From contig NW_024704742.1 of assembly GCF_018977255.1 (NCBI RefSeq), positions 17,548,001-17,612,000 of the forward strand: a stretch of 64,000 nt of DNA, written 5' to 3'. The translations under genes and the position numbers were made by a program. The number at the start of each line of letters is the position of its first letter. The first letter of the stretch is position 1. Positions 62,116 through 64,000 of the stretch are shown here, piece by piece. Below the pieces are notes generated by a model. It saw nothing but the letters and a program-made list of their open reading frames with translations. It had not been told where the DNA came from and did no database searches. The stretch is from Callorhinchus milii. Taxonomy: Eukaryota.

Positions 62116-63410
62116 GGAGCAACCTACTTGTGTGTTTTGTATAGATTTTATATGGCTTCTTGTTAATAGTGAATATTTCCATTGAATGGAGTTGAATCTA
62201 ACAGTGACAGCTCTAAATGTGTCGGGGTTTATGAAGTCTACGTTAGCCAGTTGTTAATACTTCACCAGTGAACAAATGAAAAAAAATTAATGGTGAAGTT
62301 GAACGTTTAATGCTCTCAAACAACAAATAAAAAAACATTGAGTCGTCAACATGAAATCCAGAGGTTTACTAAAGCCTTAATGTGGAGCAGATGCCCCTGG
62401 GGCCCCTAAAAGTATGTGACTAAAAATAAGTGCTCTGGGAAGCTACCCTGTGTGAGGGGTGCTATATAGATGCAAATTGTTGTTGTTGTTTCCTTCCCAG
62501 CTACAGGTATCCATTCCCTGAGCTGGCTGTATAAGATGGGCATTCATATTAGATAGTTTTACATCCAGCTGCATAGAATCATATGGACTGCACAACATAC
62601 AACCTTAGCTGTAGAGCACTTTCAGAGTTTTTCACTGCATTTGTGATATATGCTACATTCCTCATGCCTTGCCCCTTATTTTGTAACCAAAATGAGTGAT
62701 GTTTAATAGGGGTAAGATCTACCACACGTTTTAAAGAGGTTGCCCCGAAGCTTTGTTTGCCTGAGGTCTTAAGATGTTCACTAACCTGAATAGAGAACAC
62801 AATTGCTTGGAAACAAATTGCTGTGAGTTCCAGGAATGTGGCAATACTGTATTTACTGTCTCTGCCCCTGTCTGTCTGCTTTGGATCACTGTGGGAAAAT
62901 AGGAAAGCTTTGCTCTCTGTAGATGCAGTATCTATATACTTGGCTGGTGTTGATTGTTGGTCTTGGATTTAGAACTGTTGTGTATTTAAAATGTTTTGAT
63001 AATATGTGATATGGTGAATGGTATGGTCATTTGGTAGCACATGTGCTTGTTTTTGTCACTTTATGCATTGAAAGACGTCCAGGAAGAGTGATGCGCTTGT
63101 TGGTTCTGATGCTGAGTGTAATCGTAATGGATTCATTAGATCAAGGGGATTTGCAATGGCAAATTGTATCAAAATCATGCAAAAACTAGTCAAATGCAAA
63201 CTGACATTTGCAGGAACTAGGAAGATTCCTCATGACCGGAACTGCTGGAATCTAGTTTTAATTTTCTTTCATTTCAGTGTTAAACTAAAGCCTTAATGAG
63301 TCTCAGTAATTTCCAAAATAAAAGTCCCCTATGGATACAGAGGAACAAACTGTACTGGGTGCTTCAGAAATAAGTGTTATTCACCCATAAGTCCATCCAG
63401 TCCCTGGCTT

Positions 63411-64000
63411 AGCGAGGAGGATAGTAGCAGACTGCAAGAGGACATAGACAGACTGGTAAAATGGGCAGACACGTGACAAATGGTGTTTAATGTAGAGAAA
63501 TGCGAAATGATGGATTTTGGGAGGAAGAATGAGGAGAGGCAATATAAGCTGATGGTAAAATGTTAAAGGGGGTGAAGGAACAGAGACCTGGGGGTTCATA
63601 TAAGTTAATTTTTTGAAGGTGGCAGGACAGGTGGATAAAGATTTAAAGAAAAACATACGGGATACTAGGCTTTATAAATAGGAGCATAGAATACAAAAGT
63701 CAGAAACTCATGATGAACCTTTATAAAATACTGATTAGGCCTCAGCTAGAGTGTTGTGTTCAGTTCTGGGCACCACATTTTAGGAAGCATGTCAAGGCAT
63801 TGGATAAGGTGCAAAGGAGATTTACCAGGATGATAGCAGGAATGAGGGACTTCAGTTATCAGGAGAGGCTAGAGAAGCTAGGATTATTCTCCTTGGAGCA
63901 GAAAAGGTTAAGAGGAGACTTAATAGAATTTTTCAAAAATTATGAGGGGATGGGGTGAACAAGGAGAAACTATTTCCACTGGTGGGTGGGTCGGTAACTC
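63411..64000 (+). mobile_element. CR1 LINE 3' fragment running off the window end
   Basis: MMNLYKILIRPQLECCVQFWAPHFRKHVKALDKVQRRFTRM…LEKLGLFSLE; closely similar to 46078-46670. Confidence 0.95.

Noticed and set aside
63411..64000. Segmental duplication with 46078-46670
   Set aside because: Similarity is confined to CR1 sequence, the 5' truncation points differ by about 25 bp and the flanks are unrelated; these are independent insertions.
1..64000. Remaining 60-190 aa ORFs in the track as genes
   Set aside because: They overlap SINE or LINE relics or simple repeats, or show no recognisable domain; recurring peptides such as YIKCKDYYY are SINE-tail translations.

Overview
This is eukaryotic, vertebrate DNA and is almost entirely intronic. 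The repeat content (tRNA-derived SINEs with L2-type tails, L2 and CR1 LINE fragments) points to a cartilaginous fish, plausibly a chimaera; that assignment is inference. One coding exon is well supported: a 100-nt AG/GT-bounded exon at 24793-24892 (+) encoding (R)SSDYGTTYVKLNLQPGIPNIITNFYICPANKKK. It matches the VPS10-domain receptor SorCS2, at the position of exon 3 as I recall it. I did not find the neighbouring exons, so the flanks are probably two very large introns. Nearly all ORFs in the track are chance ORFs or decayed LINE pieces. I see no multi-gene system, CRISPR array or intact RNA gene. The best leads are: (1) a four-copy, hairpin-rich interspersed element (up to ~560 bp) that I cannot classify; (2) a decayed R4/Dong-type restriction-like-endonuclease retrotransposon between TAA tracts at a SINE tail; (3) a possible internal promoter and first exon encoding a signal-peptide-like leader; (4) fold-back elements, candidate cassette exons and candidate enhancers. 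Repeat boundaries were read by eye and are approximate.
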